From Eledone cirrhosa (taxonomy: Eukaryota): 64,000 nt of DNA. A program made the translations under genes and the position numbers. Below the pieces are notes generated by a model that searched no databases, had not been told where the DNA came from, and was given only the letters and a program-made list of their open reading frames with translations. The stretch lies in contig OZ024742.1 of assembly GCA_964016885.1 (NCBI GenBank), forward strand, positions 188,852,001 through 188,916,000, written 5' to 3'. Shown piece after piece: positions 26,885 through 40,422 of the stretch (position 1 is the stretch's first letter; every line of letters begins with the position of its first letter).

Positions 26885-28121
26885 GAGATAACAAGTTATC
26901 GTTATAGGTAATCCAGTTAACGGCAATCCGGTTAAAGTACTCTACGTCGTGGATAGTTTTAACGTACGGCTTTGTTTGACACAACAAGATGTTTCCATAG
27001 TTATGCAGCGAGTTAGCGGTAATTTCTATGCAGGTTATATTTGGAGTAATAAAAGTTAAAGAAAGAAGAGTAACATGGTTGGCTTTACAATAAGGGCCTT
27101 ATTTAAAGTACTGACAATTGTTTCGTTGATCAAGTGTGTCTAGAGTTCGCTAATCGCTTGAGGTTGCGTCAATCGATCACCAATACATTGTTTACACTTG
27201 TCAACACATCAGAGCACATAAATATGAAAATAATTCACTCGAGGCAAGACTTATATAGAGGAGTAGCGTAAAACAAAACAATAACATTAATAATAGAGCA
27301 GCGTATAATTAAAACAATAACATCAATAATAAAACATGTATGGTAAATAGATAGAGAAGTTACAGATGTAAAAAGAGCCAAGTAAGATACAATGTAGGGT
27401 ACATTAAAAAATAATAATAATAAGATGATGATGAGGAAATGGAGAATACAAAGAATAAAAGAAATGAAAGAGTGATATATTGTACTTAGAGTTAGATTTT
27501 AGTAGCTCTTAAGAAAGTGTTCCTTGGTGCTAACATGAGAGGCCAGATTTTAGAAGTAGATAAATTTGTGTGGAGGGTCCGGTAAAATAGACAACAATAA
27601 AATAGAGATTAATTGATGTATACTATTTGTGGGTTGACAGGACATTTGATAAACGTGCGTTGTAGATGTTGGTTGCTCTATCTTAATGAGGTTGATGGAG
27701 AGAGGGTGGAATAAGTGTACAGTATGATAGCTAATAGCGGTGTGAAAGTATGTATTCTATATGTTAAAGTCTAGGTGGTTCAGTATTAATTTTGGGATTG
27801 GTGGTTCGAATCATGGTGGTTTGAAGTTTGTAAATCTAGTAGCTATTTTATGCCTACAAAAAATTAATCTTTCTATTTTGCTGCTATTGTTTTGTTTTAC
27901 GCTTCTCCTCTATATTAGTCGTGCATCGAGTCAATTATTTTCATATCGATGTGCTCTGATGTGTTGACAAGTGATACACAATGTATTGGAGCTCGATTGA
28001 CGCAACGTCAAGCGATTAGCGAACTCTAGACACACCTGATCATCGAAACAATTGTCAGTACTTTAAATAAAGCCCTTATTGTACAGCCAACCATGTTACT
28101 CTTCTTTCTTTAACTTATTTA
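26885..28121 (-). mobile_element. Highly decayed Naiad-like PLE with ~170-bp inverted arms
   Basis: 27050-27220 inverted at 27949-28121; interior has remnants like (W)FEPP and SKIWPL on minus strand; ~165-nt one-sided tail. Confidence 0.7.
27951..28061 (+). ncRNA. Hammerhead variant (CTGATGT, A9U) with long inserted stem II
   Basis: gtgct-CTGATGT-gttgacaagtg...[~65 nt]...-GAAA-caattg-TC-agtac; mirrored at 27108-27217. Confidence 0.6.
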
Positions 28122-28124
28122 TGT

Positions 28125-28198
<74 letters not shown>

Positions 28199-28350
28199 AT
28201 ATATATGTATATATATATATGTGTATATATATGTGTATGTACATAACTTTGCCTTTCATCCTTACGGTGTCGATAAAATAAAGTACCAGTAATGTACTGT
28301 GTAATTACTGGCCTTGTGCCAATAGTAGAAACAATTATATTATATTATAT

Positions 28351-28409
<59 letters not shown>

Positions 28410-28413
<4 letters not shown>

Positions 28414-28730
28414 CATGTGTGAAGTAATTCTGTCGGAAAGGTCCAGGAAAAAAAAGTCATCTATGTAGGTTACCGAGCTTATTAGTTATGTAATAAACAC
28501 ATATGTGTGTATGTGGTTGAATTTATTTTTTTTTCATGTGTATATGTGTGTGTGAATGTATTTATACTTTTTGATATATGTATATACACCTACATTTGTG
28601 TATATGTACCTATACGTGTGGATGAGAGTATATGCGTGCGTATGTGTGTGTATGCGTGCCTATGTGTGTGTATGCATGTGAGTATGTATGCGTGTATGTG
28701 TGTGTGTGTATATATATATATATAAATATG

Positions 28731-28779
<49 letters not shown>

Positions 28780-28891
28780 ATGTATGTTTGTATGTATATA
28801 CTTAACTGTGTATATGTTTGTACTGTATATATATGTGTGTGTATATTTCTATGTATGTGTATGTGTTGTATATATATGTGTGTGTGCATAT

Positions 28892-28971
<80 letters not shown>

Positions 28972-29205
28972 TTTATTTTGTGCATTTGCTTACCACGTGT
29001 GTTTGTTAATTTATTTATTTTTATTTGTGATTTTTCTTCTTTCGTTTCGCTGTCAACTTGCTAATTTTTATTTTTTATTTTAATATTTGACTTTATTTTT
29101 ACTGATTTATCTTGGCCAGTTGATGTAACTGCTTATTTTAGTATATGCACATGGTCGAGTGTGTATATGTTTGTTTATTTATCTTTACTTATTTTTAGAA
29201 TTGTT

Positions 29206-29237
<32 letters not shown>

Positions 29238-29243
29238 TGTGTG

Positions 29244-29284
<41 letters not shown>

Positions 29285-29544
29285 TTGTGTATTTATGTGT
29301 ATGTATGTTTATATATATACATATGTATATATATATGTGTGTGGGTGTGTTTATATACTTATATATTTATACTCTTTTTTTCTTCTATCCTGAGCCTCAC
29401 TTTCATATTTCTTATATTTTTGTTTTCAAATCCACATTCAATAAAAACACCAGCATGTTTTTTATTCTGACGACTGAAAGCAGATTTGTTTGCTTTCAAG
29501 AAACCACTGGTAAATTAAATAATTATCTTATGTTGTTTATTACA

Positions 29545-29552
<8 letters not shown>
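28410..29552 (+). mobile_element. Microsatellite-filled non-coding PLE derivative
   Basis: tagttatgtaataaaca (28483-28499) is the inverse of tgtttattacataacta (29534-29550); HHR near 3' end. Confidence 0.55.
29460..29519 (+). ncRNA. Type I hammerhead ribozyme
   Basis: tttatt-CTGACGA-c-tgaaagcaga(tttg)tttgctttca-a-GAAA-ccactgg-TA-aattaa. Confidence 0.8.
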
Positions 29553-29584
<32 letters not shown>

Positions 29585-29986
29585 GGAAATATCGTTTTTT
29601 ACAAAAGAAAAACAATATAAAAATTGGAAGGAGGTAGGTGAAGAAGTTAAAACAGCTTAACATACAGTAATGAATTATAATAAACAGTACAAAAGGGTAT
29701 GTTTCCTACTTCCTTGAAAGATTTGTCAAACAAGTATGTGTACAAAATCCTATTGAGTTAAATGTAACAATCACGCATAAAGCAAATTATTCATTAAAGT
29801 AATTACCAAATACGTTTTTACATTAAATATTGATTTACGAGCATTTCTTCCCTTATTGGGACTTATCAAAATCAATTATTCATAAGTAAATATCTTATTA
29901 GAAGTCTCACCAAACGGTTCTATAGCTCACGGTCAGAAAGTTTGTTTACATTACATTTAGAAAGACGAATGCAAAAAAGTATTTGG

Positions 29987-30060
<74 letters not shown>

Positions 30061-30061
<1 letters not shown>

Positions 30062-30565
30062 GATATTAACAAATGGAAACTATATTTATAAAACCATATT
30101 TATTTCATTATGCATATTTCAAGGATAACAAGTTAAGTTATGGTATGCCTTCATCAGACAAAATACAATATATATCAGTTTTATAAATAAGCATTGACGT
30201 ACCCTTTCAAAATGCGACCATTACTTTTGGAGGACATCAGGATAGTGGTTTGTTTATATTATTTTAATAAGTCGTAGTGTTAAGGATAAGTACAAAAGAC
30301 GGAAAGAGAGAGAAAAGCGTGGAGAAAAGAAAGGGAGAGATAAATAAATAAAGAATGCTTATTTATAAAACTGATATATATTGTATTTTTTCATATCATA
30401 ATTTAACTTGGTATCCTTGAAATATGTATAATGAAATAAATATGGTTTTATAAATATAGTTTTCATTTGTTAATATCGTATATCTACTCCAAATACTTGT
30501 CGAGTGCTTTATATCAGTTATAATAATATTTACTTGTTGTATCCCAACAATTTAAATAGAACTTT

Positions 30566-30570
<5 letters not shown>
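30061..30570 (-). mobile_element. Non-coding PLE derivative with inverted arms and tail
   Basis: 30061-30142 inverted at 30396-30478, then ~90-nt tail; homologue at 53779-53930. Confidence 0.8.
30101..30165 (-). ncRNA. Type I hammerhead ribozyme
   Basis: tattttgt-CTGATGA-aggcata...tatcctt-GAAA-tatgca-TA-atgaaata. Confidence 0.8.
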
Positions 30571-30600
<30 letters not shown>

Positions 30601-30603
<3 letters not shown>

Positions 30604-30800
30604 TAGAACACTGGTGGGTTATATCCGTAATAGTAGAGTAATCAGTCCATAGGACGAGTCCGACAGATGTAGTACCACAACAGTTAATTCACCATTTATA
30701 TTCTTCATATTCTTAGGGTTAAGAACCTAGCTGATGATCCGTCTAAGGTGAAACAAATTGTTCTCGGGTATGGGGAATTAACTGTTGTGCTACTACTTCT
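30601..30800 (+). mobile_element. Minimal fold-back PLE derivative, family E
   Basis: Left part is the reverse complement of 37883-37998; right arm ggggaattaactgttgtgctactacttct mirrors 30665-30693; TA flanks. Confidence 0.75.
30724..30769 (+). ncRNA. Type I hammerhead ribozyme (minimal, near-palindromic stem III)
   Basis: acctag-CTGATGA-tcc(gtctaa)ggt-GAAA-caaattg-TT-ctcgggt. Confidence 0.75.
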
Positions 30801-30876
30801 ATATATATATATAGATATATATATATACACACACAAACACACACACATACACACACACAAACACGCACACCCATAC

Positions 30877-31007
<131 letters not shown>

Positions 31008-31949
31008 GTGACAAAGTATTTATTTGTGATTAAATGTTTTCGAAGGATGATAATCAAAATTTACTGCAATTGTTTTTATCTGAAGTTCTGCTTCAAAAAG
31101 TTACAACTAAAGAGAATTTCTAAGGTTAAATCGTTTATAATTGTTTTCAGACATACTAAATAAATAATCTTAGAAAATTTTCTAGTTTTTAATAAAATGT
31201 CTCTGCTGCGATTGGATATGTAAATAAATTTTATTTATATTTCCTCAGATCCTGTGAGGTAAATTATATATATTTCTATACTTCCAATAATTCGATTGGA
31301 ATTTCTTGATTCCTTGTTATTCATTACTCCTCTGAGAGTTTTTCTATTTTTGAAATGACAATTTCATTGAATTACTTTACGCATTTCTGTTGCCTCAATC
31401 TTTGGATCGCTAATGATAAATCTGATTAAGGCAGATTTTAAAATTTATTAAAGTTTACAAATTTCTTTTATATGTCACAAAATTGTATTAAACACTTTCT
31501 CTATATAATCTTCATCTGCATATATATACATTTATTTATATTCCCTTTGTTGTGTATTTGAATATCTTGCGTTATTCGATGTTTCAACAGAGAAAATTAC
31601 TAGGACAATATCAATAGATATTTGACGATGTGACTGAGATGGATGGGATGCAGCATGGTAAAATAGTAAAATAGTTGGTAGTCATTATATCAAGAGTTCG
31701 ACTCTACATGCAAAGCCCCGGTTTAACTTAAGCCTTCTTAAGTAAATTCATTTGAAGGATACTCTGGATATTTTCTGTACCTGTATGTTAAAAAGTCCAT
31801 CAGGAAGGTGTTCGAGTGTGTGAGGTCACGAACAGATACTTCATGTACCCGCGGCCGAATATGTTCCTCCTAAATATCTATCTATCTATATAGTCTATCT
31901 ATGTATCTATCTATCTATCTATATATATATTAATTGTTTCTACATTTAT

Positions 31950-32100
31950 CACAAAGCCAGCAATTATCCCAGTGCATTACTGGTACTTTATTATATCGAC
32001 CCCGAAAGGATGAAAAGCAAAGTTAACCACGGCGAGATTTGAACTCAGAACGTAAAGGTGTATAACTCTATGCTCTACTGATACTCCCAACTCACCGTAC
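31950..32100 (-). mobile_element. tRNA-derived SINE
   Basis: Reverse complement of the 40518/57004 family. Confidence 0.8.
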
Positions 32101-32394
32101 TCGTATGAGAGTAGCTCGATGTAAAATAACAAATATAATACAGACACGGATTATTTTATAAATAACAATCACAGAGTTTTTAATAACATTTAATTACTAA
32201 CGATCGCTTCACCCAAGCACGAGGTCGATTCATCGGAGTACAAATCAAAAGTTAGAACACATCCTGGGATATTATATATGGGAAGGAAGCTAAAATAATA
32301 GATAATAACATACATTTAAGAGAGAAAGGCAAGACTCACATGAAAAGCATGATCATATAAATATGGGGTATATATATATATATATATAAGTATG

Positions 32395-32454
<60 letters not shown>

Positions 32455-32458
<4 letters not shown>

Positions 32459-33317
32459 GACAGGGGGTAAGAAAAAATGGCTTCACTTGTGCTTTCAACA
32501 AATTTATTTTCTTCACAAAATCCAAAAAGGAATTTTTTTCCGGATTAGAAACATTTTTTTTCTTAAAGAAAATTATTTTATAAATTAAGTTGTTGGTTGT
32601 TGGTTAGGTCTTAGGAGTTCTTGGTTAACGTAGGAGGTATTGTTTCGTTTTTAGAACGACCTCTCACGCTGAGGTGCGCTTGTCAAACTGATGTGTATGT
32701 GGTGTGTTGTTCTATATATAGGGATTTAACATGTCTGTGGTGTGGTGGGGGTTTCTTTTCTCCCCCTTTAATAAGTGTATGGGTGTAGGTGTGTTGAAAA
32801 AGTGTTAATAGTAGTAATGAGTTGAGACGGTGAGTAGAGTTGGGTGGGGAGAAATGTAGCAAGTGCGGCCTGCCCCGGTCATTCTCGAATAATTCATTTA
32901 TTCAGGGGAAAAAGCTTTTAGTATTGCTTTTGTGTTGAGAATGGTCACAGGCAAATCGCACCTGCCAAGTTTGTAAATAATAATTTTTTTATTTTTTTCT
33001 GATGAATTTTTCTACGTCCATCCCAAAATTAGTCCTTTGTTCAACACACACATATGTGCGTATATACGTACAAACACACACGGGCATATGTAGGAATATA
33101 TAGGCACACACCATCAATCACACACCCATGTACAAATACATCCACATACATACACAAAAACATATAGAGACACATATAAAAACACATATACACACACGTA
33201 GACACACGAATATGTACTCATACCTCCACATGGGTATATATATACATATATATACATACATATACACATATACATACATATACATACACACACATATACA
33301 CATATATATATATATAT

Positions 33318-33359
<42 letters not shown>

Positions 33360-34182
33360 GGTGGCTGCCAACTCGTTTTCGAGTACGGCCACTACTTTAT
33401 ATCCATGTAGGAGAACCCCTACCGATGCGCTGAATAAGTGTGACTTTTTAGTCCAGCCAGCGACTTGAAAACTCTGGTACAAACACTACACTTGTGACAA
33501 TTATTGACACATAGTGCTGGGCCCATGGTACCATGTGACGACAAGTGCAGAGAGATCTCCAGATATAAAGCAATGCCTGTGCTGTGAAGCTTTTATAGTG
33601 AACAAAGGCACTGCACAAAGCCAGTCCCACTCTCTTAACCAAGATGATATTTACCAAAAAGAAGAACAAGTCAACATCATTGGAAACCATCAGGGTTGCA
33701 GGTGTTATATCAGAGTTTTCCTTCTCCTAGAATTCTGCCTTGACAAAGGCTAAGGGGTCATCTCTCCTGGTGATTTTGGATGGCCATTGACTCTTAAGAG
33801 CTCCTTTGCCCTTTGACAGGTTTTGTTTTTAGTCCTGCAGGATGTCCAAAGTCACCCTCCTCACCGAGAAACCTTGGTGGGGTTGCCAGTTTAGTCGCCA
33901 ACGACCCGACCATGGGACAGGTTGTACTGGGATACATGTTACCAGTAGCACCAACTAGTGACCTGACATAATATACATACATATACATACATACACATAC
34001 ATACATATACACACATAAAGATACATAACTAAATATACATATATACACATACACGCACACATACACACACACACACACACATATACATATGTCCGTATAT
34101 ATACCTCCGTTCACACATACATTCATACACACACACACATACACACATACATATATATATACATATAGAGAGAGAGGCATAT

Positions 34183-34221
<39 letters not shown>

Positions 34222-34226
34222 CATAC

Positions 34227-34273
<47 letters not shown>

Positions 34274-34516
34274 CATATATATATATACATATATGTACAT
34301 ATAAACACATACAGACACATACACACATATACATACATATACGCATACATATATATCTATATTTATAAAATAATTTTCTTTACGAAAAACATTTTTCTAA
34401 TCCGGAAAAAAATTCTTTTGGGATTTTGTGAAGAAAATAAATTTGTTGAAAGCACAAGTGAAGCCATTTTTTCTTCCCCCCTGTCTTAATATACCTAACT
34501 GTACCAAGGATTACAC

Positions 34517-34519
<3 letters not shown>
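32455..34519 (-). mobile_element. Non-coding Neptune-like PLE pLTR derivative with inverted tailed arm
   Basis: 32455-32769 matches 14043-14333; 34362-34519 is an inverted arm with tail; 33098-33235 is the inverse of 63863-64000. Confidence 0.85.
33690..33965 (-). mobile_element. RTE-like LINE 5' UTR fragment nested in the PLE derivative
   Basis: agttttccttctcctag...gccttgacaaaggct block resembles RTE 5' regions (from recall); degenerate HDV-like fold at its 5' end. Confidence 0.45.
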
Positions 34520-34599
<80 letters not shown>

Positions 34600-34614
<15 letters not shown>

Positions 34615-35341
34615 GAAGATGGGCATTGTTTGGTGTTCCGAACTTGCATGCTACACCGTTCATCCAATTTTCATGAAACCTCACACATATATAAAACTCA
34701 ACGCGTAGCGTGGAATTGGCTACTTGAAATTTTCGAAAAATCGATAATCGGGCCCTATGACAGAATGTTTTTCGATTCCAATGAAATTTTATGTGAATTC
34801 GAACACAAGAACTCTTAGTTTACATCTGGCGCAATAAAAATAAATTTCATATGCCCATATAAGGACGTGCGTTATTGATTGGACGGCCAGCTACATATCT
34901 TCCCAGCTGTCTCAGTAAACGACCGACGATTAAAGAGTTTATCTTTTCATATTCAAATCTACTTCAGAGATCACGCATTGATGTAAAAAATCAATAAAAC
35001 TGAAGCGGGGTTCGACTTTGCGCAAAAAAACAAGGCAAAGTTACGCATGGGAAAACTTTTTACAGGAACGTCCGATATTCTTGAAAACTGTCACAAAAGA
35101 CTCGCCATTATGCCGCGGTTAAGATAAAAGACCTTTTAATTCTTCTTCTGCACATGTGAGCGCAAAAATTGAAAACAAAAAAAAACTGAAAAAAATCGAC
35201 ATTTTCACTCTGCGTCTACTAACGTATTTTTTTTCATTGAAGTTCAAAATTTTGAACCTGTGATGCGCGGGAAGTAACTTTCACACATTCTAACAGAGCA
35301 AAGGTCGACTTACACCCGGGCAACGCCGGGTACTTCTGCTA

Positions 35342-35342
<1 letters not shown>
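34600..35342 (+). mobile_element. Non-autonomous Helitron
   Basis: 3' hairpin acccgggcaacgccgggt (35314-35331) followed by CTAG|T; 5' end merges with (TA)n. Confidence 0.8.
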
Positions 35343-35430
<88 letters not shown>

Positions 35431-35577
35431 ATATATATATAATAAATGTAATCTGAGTTTTTCGAATATTAATAATAACATTCGATTGGTTTGCAATTTT
35501 GTAAACAGGCCTCAATTTTATAGCCATGTCAGGAGAATCAACACTTCATTGTTGATCTTATGTTGGCATGCGAATAG

Positions 35578-35625
35578 AACTGCAGACACTAATGTTTCTG
35601 GGTATCACCTTTCATCAGTACAGCT
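35578..35625 (-). ncRNA. Type I hammerhead ribozyme with GUC cleavage triplet
   Basis: agctgta-CTGATGA-aaggt(gat)accca-GAAA-cattagtg-TC-tgcagtt. Confidence 0.75.
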
Positions 35626-35775
35626 TACTGTTCACCTACCAAATTGTCAGAGCTAGTGAAAATATATGCTATTTTCAAAATTACACAGTGACAGAGGCCT
35701 CATTTGCATATTAGCAGACTGGCTGATCAGTCAGATCTGCATATTCGCAAATCCAGTGATCAGTCAGATTTTCAT

Positions 35776-35847
<72 letters not shown>

Positions 35848-37389
35848 TGCGAGTGTGTGTGTGTATATATATATGTATGTATATGGGTAGTAGTCGTGAT
35901 CTAGTGGTTTCGGTTCTATTACGTCTCTTTCGAGCCTCAGTTTGGTCTGAACTATAATCAGGCTAATTCACACAGTGTTGCGCTGATTCTACATGAGTTT
36001 TTTCTTAAGGGCAGCCATGTCTATGGAATACTGATTCATGAAGATGTTATTTGAGTACATCTTACAAATAATAACTGACAAGATCCATTTACTACGGTGA
36101 TTTTCTTTTTATTACAGTTTTCTGTATATTATATTTCTCTTAAACATGGAGAAAATAACGTATTTGAAATATAATTCTGTTTCATGAAACCGGATCTTTA
36201 AGGATATAAGAGATTGTTTTCATATTATATCTATTGCTATTACTGTTATTGGTATTGTTACAAACATATTATTCTCGTTAAATAAATTGCAAAGGAATCC
36301 TTGAGACGGGAGATGATGGATTTACGCTAACATTTCCTGCAAACGAAATCAAAAGAAACATATTTAGCATTATAGATATTCGAACAAATCATTTCTAAAT
36401 GCCAAAGCAAACGTAATAAAAGATGATTTTGCTTCAAGACATATGCATATATATATATTCTTACTGCAAGGCCGTTAAGAATATATATTTAGTGTTTCTG
36501 TAAAGCTATCGGTCAAATAGCAAGTAAAATGGCCTTAAGAAATAAAGCGTATAATGTATTGTATTGCGTATTTATATATAAAAGCATTTCTCCTGAAGCT
36601 AAATTACCGATAGCACTAATACAGTGTATTTCAGAATAAAAGCCTATACAATGTGTTTGTGTATATTACAAATAGATTTAGATTTAGGCTTGCTGTGGGT
36701 ATTTTGAGTTGGGATCATATCAGACCTACACACATATCAAGTAAAGTGATGAGTATTTAGGTTATTCACAGTTGTTACTGTGTAACGGCAGACACATACA
36801 TTGACGATTACGTGAATACCTCGTAGCCTTAATAAGGTTTATATATATATATATATATATAAATACAAACGCACACACCAACGTACACAATTATAATGAT
36901 TTTGTTTTTTTTAATGCATACACGTTTACAATACACAGCAGAATTTAACATGGAAGAAAAAAACTATCCAACACAAAGGAAAGTGAATATTTGAAAACCT
37001 ACTCAGACCGAAACCGGTTTGGGCAAAACTAATTAGATAGTCATTATTATCTCTGAAAATCCACCTATATTGAAAGCAATACTGCAATTATTTTCTGTGA
37101 GCAGAATTTACTTTCGTCTTGTATCAGAAACGTCCATATATATATATATATATATATATGTGTGGGGGGGGGGGGGGGTCTATGAAATTATGTACATCTT
37201 CATCCCTTTATTATTATTTTTCCTGTATTATGAGTGGTGGAATCGTATCATCGTTAGACATTTGGCGTTGGGGAGATGACTGTGGAAATTCAGAATAATA
37301 ATAAATTAGTCGTGTTACTCAGTCCAGAATATAATTGATTATTCATGTTAGTCAGTCTCGATCTTTGTAATTAAGTAAAAGATGTTTCT

Positions 37390-38015
37390 AAATGTGCGGA
37401 CAGCGCGGGAAAGGCCCATTCCTTGAATTTAGACAAACATTAATACGCAATTTTCTAAGGATTGTGATTATTTCTTGAATGCACAGCCCACAAGACGGAT
37501 TCCCATTTCCGTAAGGCTTAGACTAAGTAATAACCTTCCATTGAATAAAGTAATCCACTCCTGTGCCCTTGAGGGACCATATGTGGCTCACAAGCTTCGT
37601 GGACGATCGTTTGTCAGGGTATATGAATGTCGACAGATGATTCAGGAAGCGTTCTTTAAACCGGCCCTCCGCCATACCTACATAGAATTTGACCTCTTGT
37701 TGAAGTGACCACAGCTTCGCAAATTACAGTGGGTGTGTTGCATTGTTGTTTAAAGGGCAACCTTCACACCTTCCACAAGAGCATCCTGTTGGGGTTCTGC
37801 GTTTCGGGTTGTTGGTGACGTGGGACTTCATATTCTTATCACAGGAGTAACCTAGTTTCTCCCTGTGTCTGTTAAAAATGTGCTAAGAATATGAAGAAAA
37901 TGAATGGTGAATTAACTGTTGTGGAACTACTTCTACCAAACTTGCCCCATGGACTGAGTGCTCCACTGCTACGGATATAACCCACCAGTGTTCTACTATG
38001 GCGGGTTATATCCGT
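37390..38015 (-). pseudogene. Naiad-like GIY-YIG fragment with inverted family-E tail
   Basis: Minus strand CSCGRCEGCPL, FYVGMAEGRFKERFLNH, STKLVSHIWSLK, CGLCIQE, CLNSRN. Confidence 0.8.
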
Positions 38016-38671
38016 AGTAGTAGACGCCAAACAACCAACCTAAAGAAACTGCTTACCAAGGCAAAATTTACGTCTAATAACAAGTTAAGAAATGCCATGA
38101 CCCTCGATGCGGAACTTGCAAACACATTGAAGAGGGTGGGCAAATCTCATTCAAAAAGAACCAGTTTTTCACAGTTAATATAAACATGAATTGCAAAACC
38201 AAAAACTGGATTTACTGTGCAACTTGCCCACAATGTAAAGAATACTACATTGGTGAAACCGGAACGGCTCTACATGACGGAGTTCGAGTACATAAACAAC
38301 AAGGTAGAGACCCCTCTGTCAGAAACACCACATGCAGTGAACACTTCGCAACATGCGAAAACGGAAAATTCACAATTTTCCCCTTCCTTAAGATATGGTC
38401 GGACAACGAACATTTCCGAAAATATAAAGAATTATTTATTAGAAAGTACAAACAACTACTAAACACAAACAAATGCTATTCCATCTTCAAATAACGGGAT
38501 TCTCCACCTCTCTCTTTTCTTTAAAATATTTCATATTGAAAAAGAAAAATATACTAGATCTACCAACTAATAATATTATAAAATTAAATCAAATTATTTA
38601 GAACTACAAGTGAAGAGAATCTTTTCCTTTTTTTCAAATATACCTAACTGTACCAAGGATCACACATATTT

Positions 38672-38678
<7 letters not shown>
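38016..38678 (+). pseudogene. Diverged Neptune-like PLE 3' end (GIY-YIG + tail)
   Basis: MNCKTKNWIYCATCPQCKEYYIGETG; ends in the same tail atacctaactgtaccaaggat..acaca.attttccaa before (TA)n. Confidence 0.88.
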
Positions 38679-38765
<87 letters not shown>

Positions 38766-39491
38766 ACAAACGCATTGATCTATTTAGTAGGTTGTCTAGA
38801 AAGGTTTAAGTCAAAATAAGACTACATAGGAATATTGATTGCTTGTGAAAAAATAGTCAATTTAGGTTAAGTAACCGTTAAGTTATATATACGTTTGATT
38901 TTAAATTACGTAATTTCTGCTGAAGAAATTTAATCGATAGCAGTTATAATTAACAAGAGATATTACCTACTATCCACACTTTCATCCCTAAAAATCGGCG
39001 GCAATTTATTTAGATATATGATATAATAGGTACATCAGTTTAAACGTTTTAGTTTGCAGCTCAATTGATTTAGAGAGACGCTCAATAAAAATACATTTCA
39101 TTCACATTACCATTGTTAAAAGAACAAAGTGGTTTTCTCTTCTTTGAAGACTTTTATCTCAAACAGAAATGGAAATGAGACAAGTATCGCTTTAGTAAAA
39201 CAACTAAAGAAAGAGATCATACTGCATTTAAAAGGAATACTACAGACTTAATGGAAATGGTGCGTACTGGAAATTTGAATTCACTTGACATTTTTCGTTT
39301 GATTTCTCCGCAACCAACTTCTAGTGGATATAGTAATAAAAGTTTCGTTCAGAATTTCATAACAACACTTTCTGATAAACATCTCCACCTCATCTTAACC
39401 CACCATACTTTGTAATGATGTGAGTAAAACGTCACGCTCCTTTCAGCCTGCATAGATGTGTCTGTGTATATATACACACACTTACATACAT

Positions 39492-39559
<68 letters not shown>

Positions 39560-40294
39560 GCACACACATTTATATATACATGTGTGTGTCGGGGTATATG
39601 TGTGTGTATGTGCGTGTGAGTGTGTGTGTGTGGTGAGAGAGAAACTTGAATAGTGTTCCATTAAAGAAAATAGGGGAGACAATTAAAGTAAGTTAAACAA
39701 TATCTCGAATGAAAAAAACTTTTTAAAGATGGCTGACTAAAACAAGACACGATTTCTCTTCAACCAAACTGTCCTCCGCTTTCTTCTTTTAAGTACGTCT
39801 ATATTATGTTTTCCTTCTGTCTTCCGAACTTCTTTCCTCTTCTCTGACTCCAAAAAATGACTAGCGTACAATACGTTTAAGACAATGTTTCAGTTCTATC
39901 AGGTGTTAAACTAATATATCATTTATTATATTATTCTTCTGTGTTGTTTATATATATATATATATGTCCTACATATTTGTATTAGTGCTTATTTCAATAC
40001 AGACATATAATCAGAACTTATAACTATAAATCCTCTTGTTCGACTATTTACCGTTATGTAAATATCTATCGGCAAAATATAGCTTGTTTCAAATATATTT
40101 TTCTCGTTTTCGCCAGTTTAGAGGTGAACTAAGTCAGCTCTAATGAGTATTTCATAAATACAGAAACTTCTGTTTTAACAGCAAAAGGTAATTTAGTCTG
40201 TCCACAGGTTATACTTTCGCAGCGAGACTAAAATAAATATATTAAATATGGTGTCTGTTAAATGTACACACACACAAACGCACACCCTCCCCCG

Positions 40295-40422
<128 letters not shown>

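Noticed and set aside
32870-32960. SECIS-like UGA/GA motif in the Neptune-like pLTR hairpin
   Set aside because: Quartet and helix are out of register, and the RT ORF has no in-frame UGA to recode.
32999-33035. CTGATGA followed by a weak stem (similar cases at ~24731 and ~58228 minus)
   Set aside because: No GAAA or stems I/III in register.
36988-37025. GAAAccggTT palindromic stem-III-like motif
   Set aside because: CUGANGA half absent; at best a dead relic.
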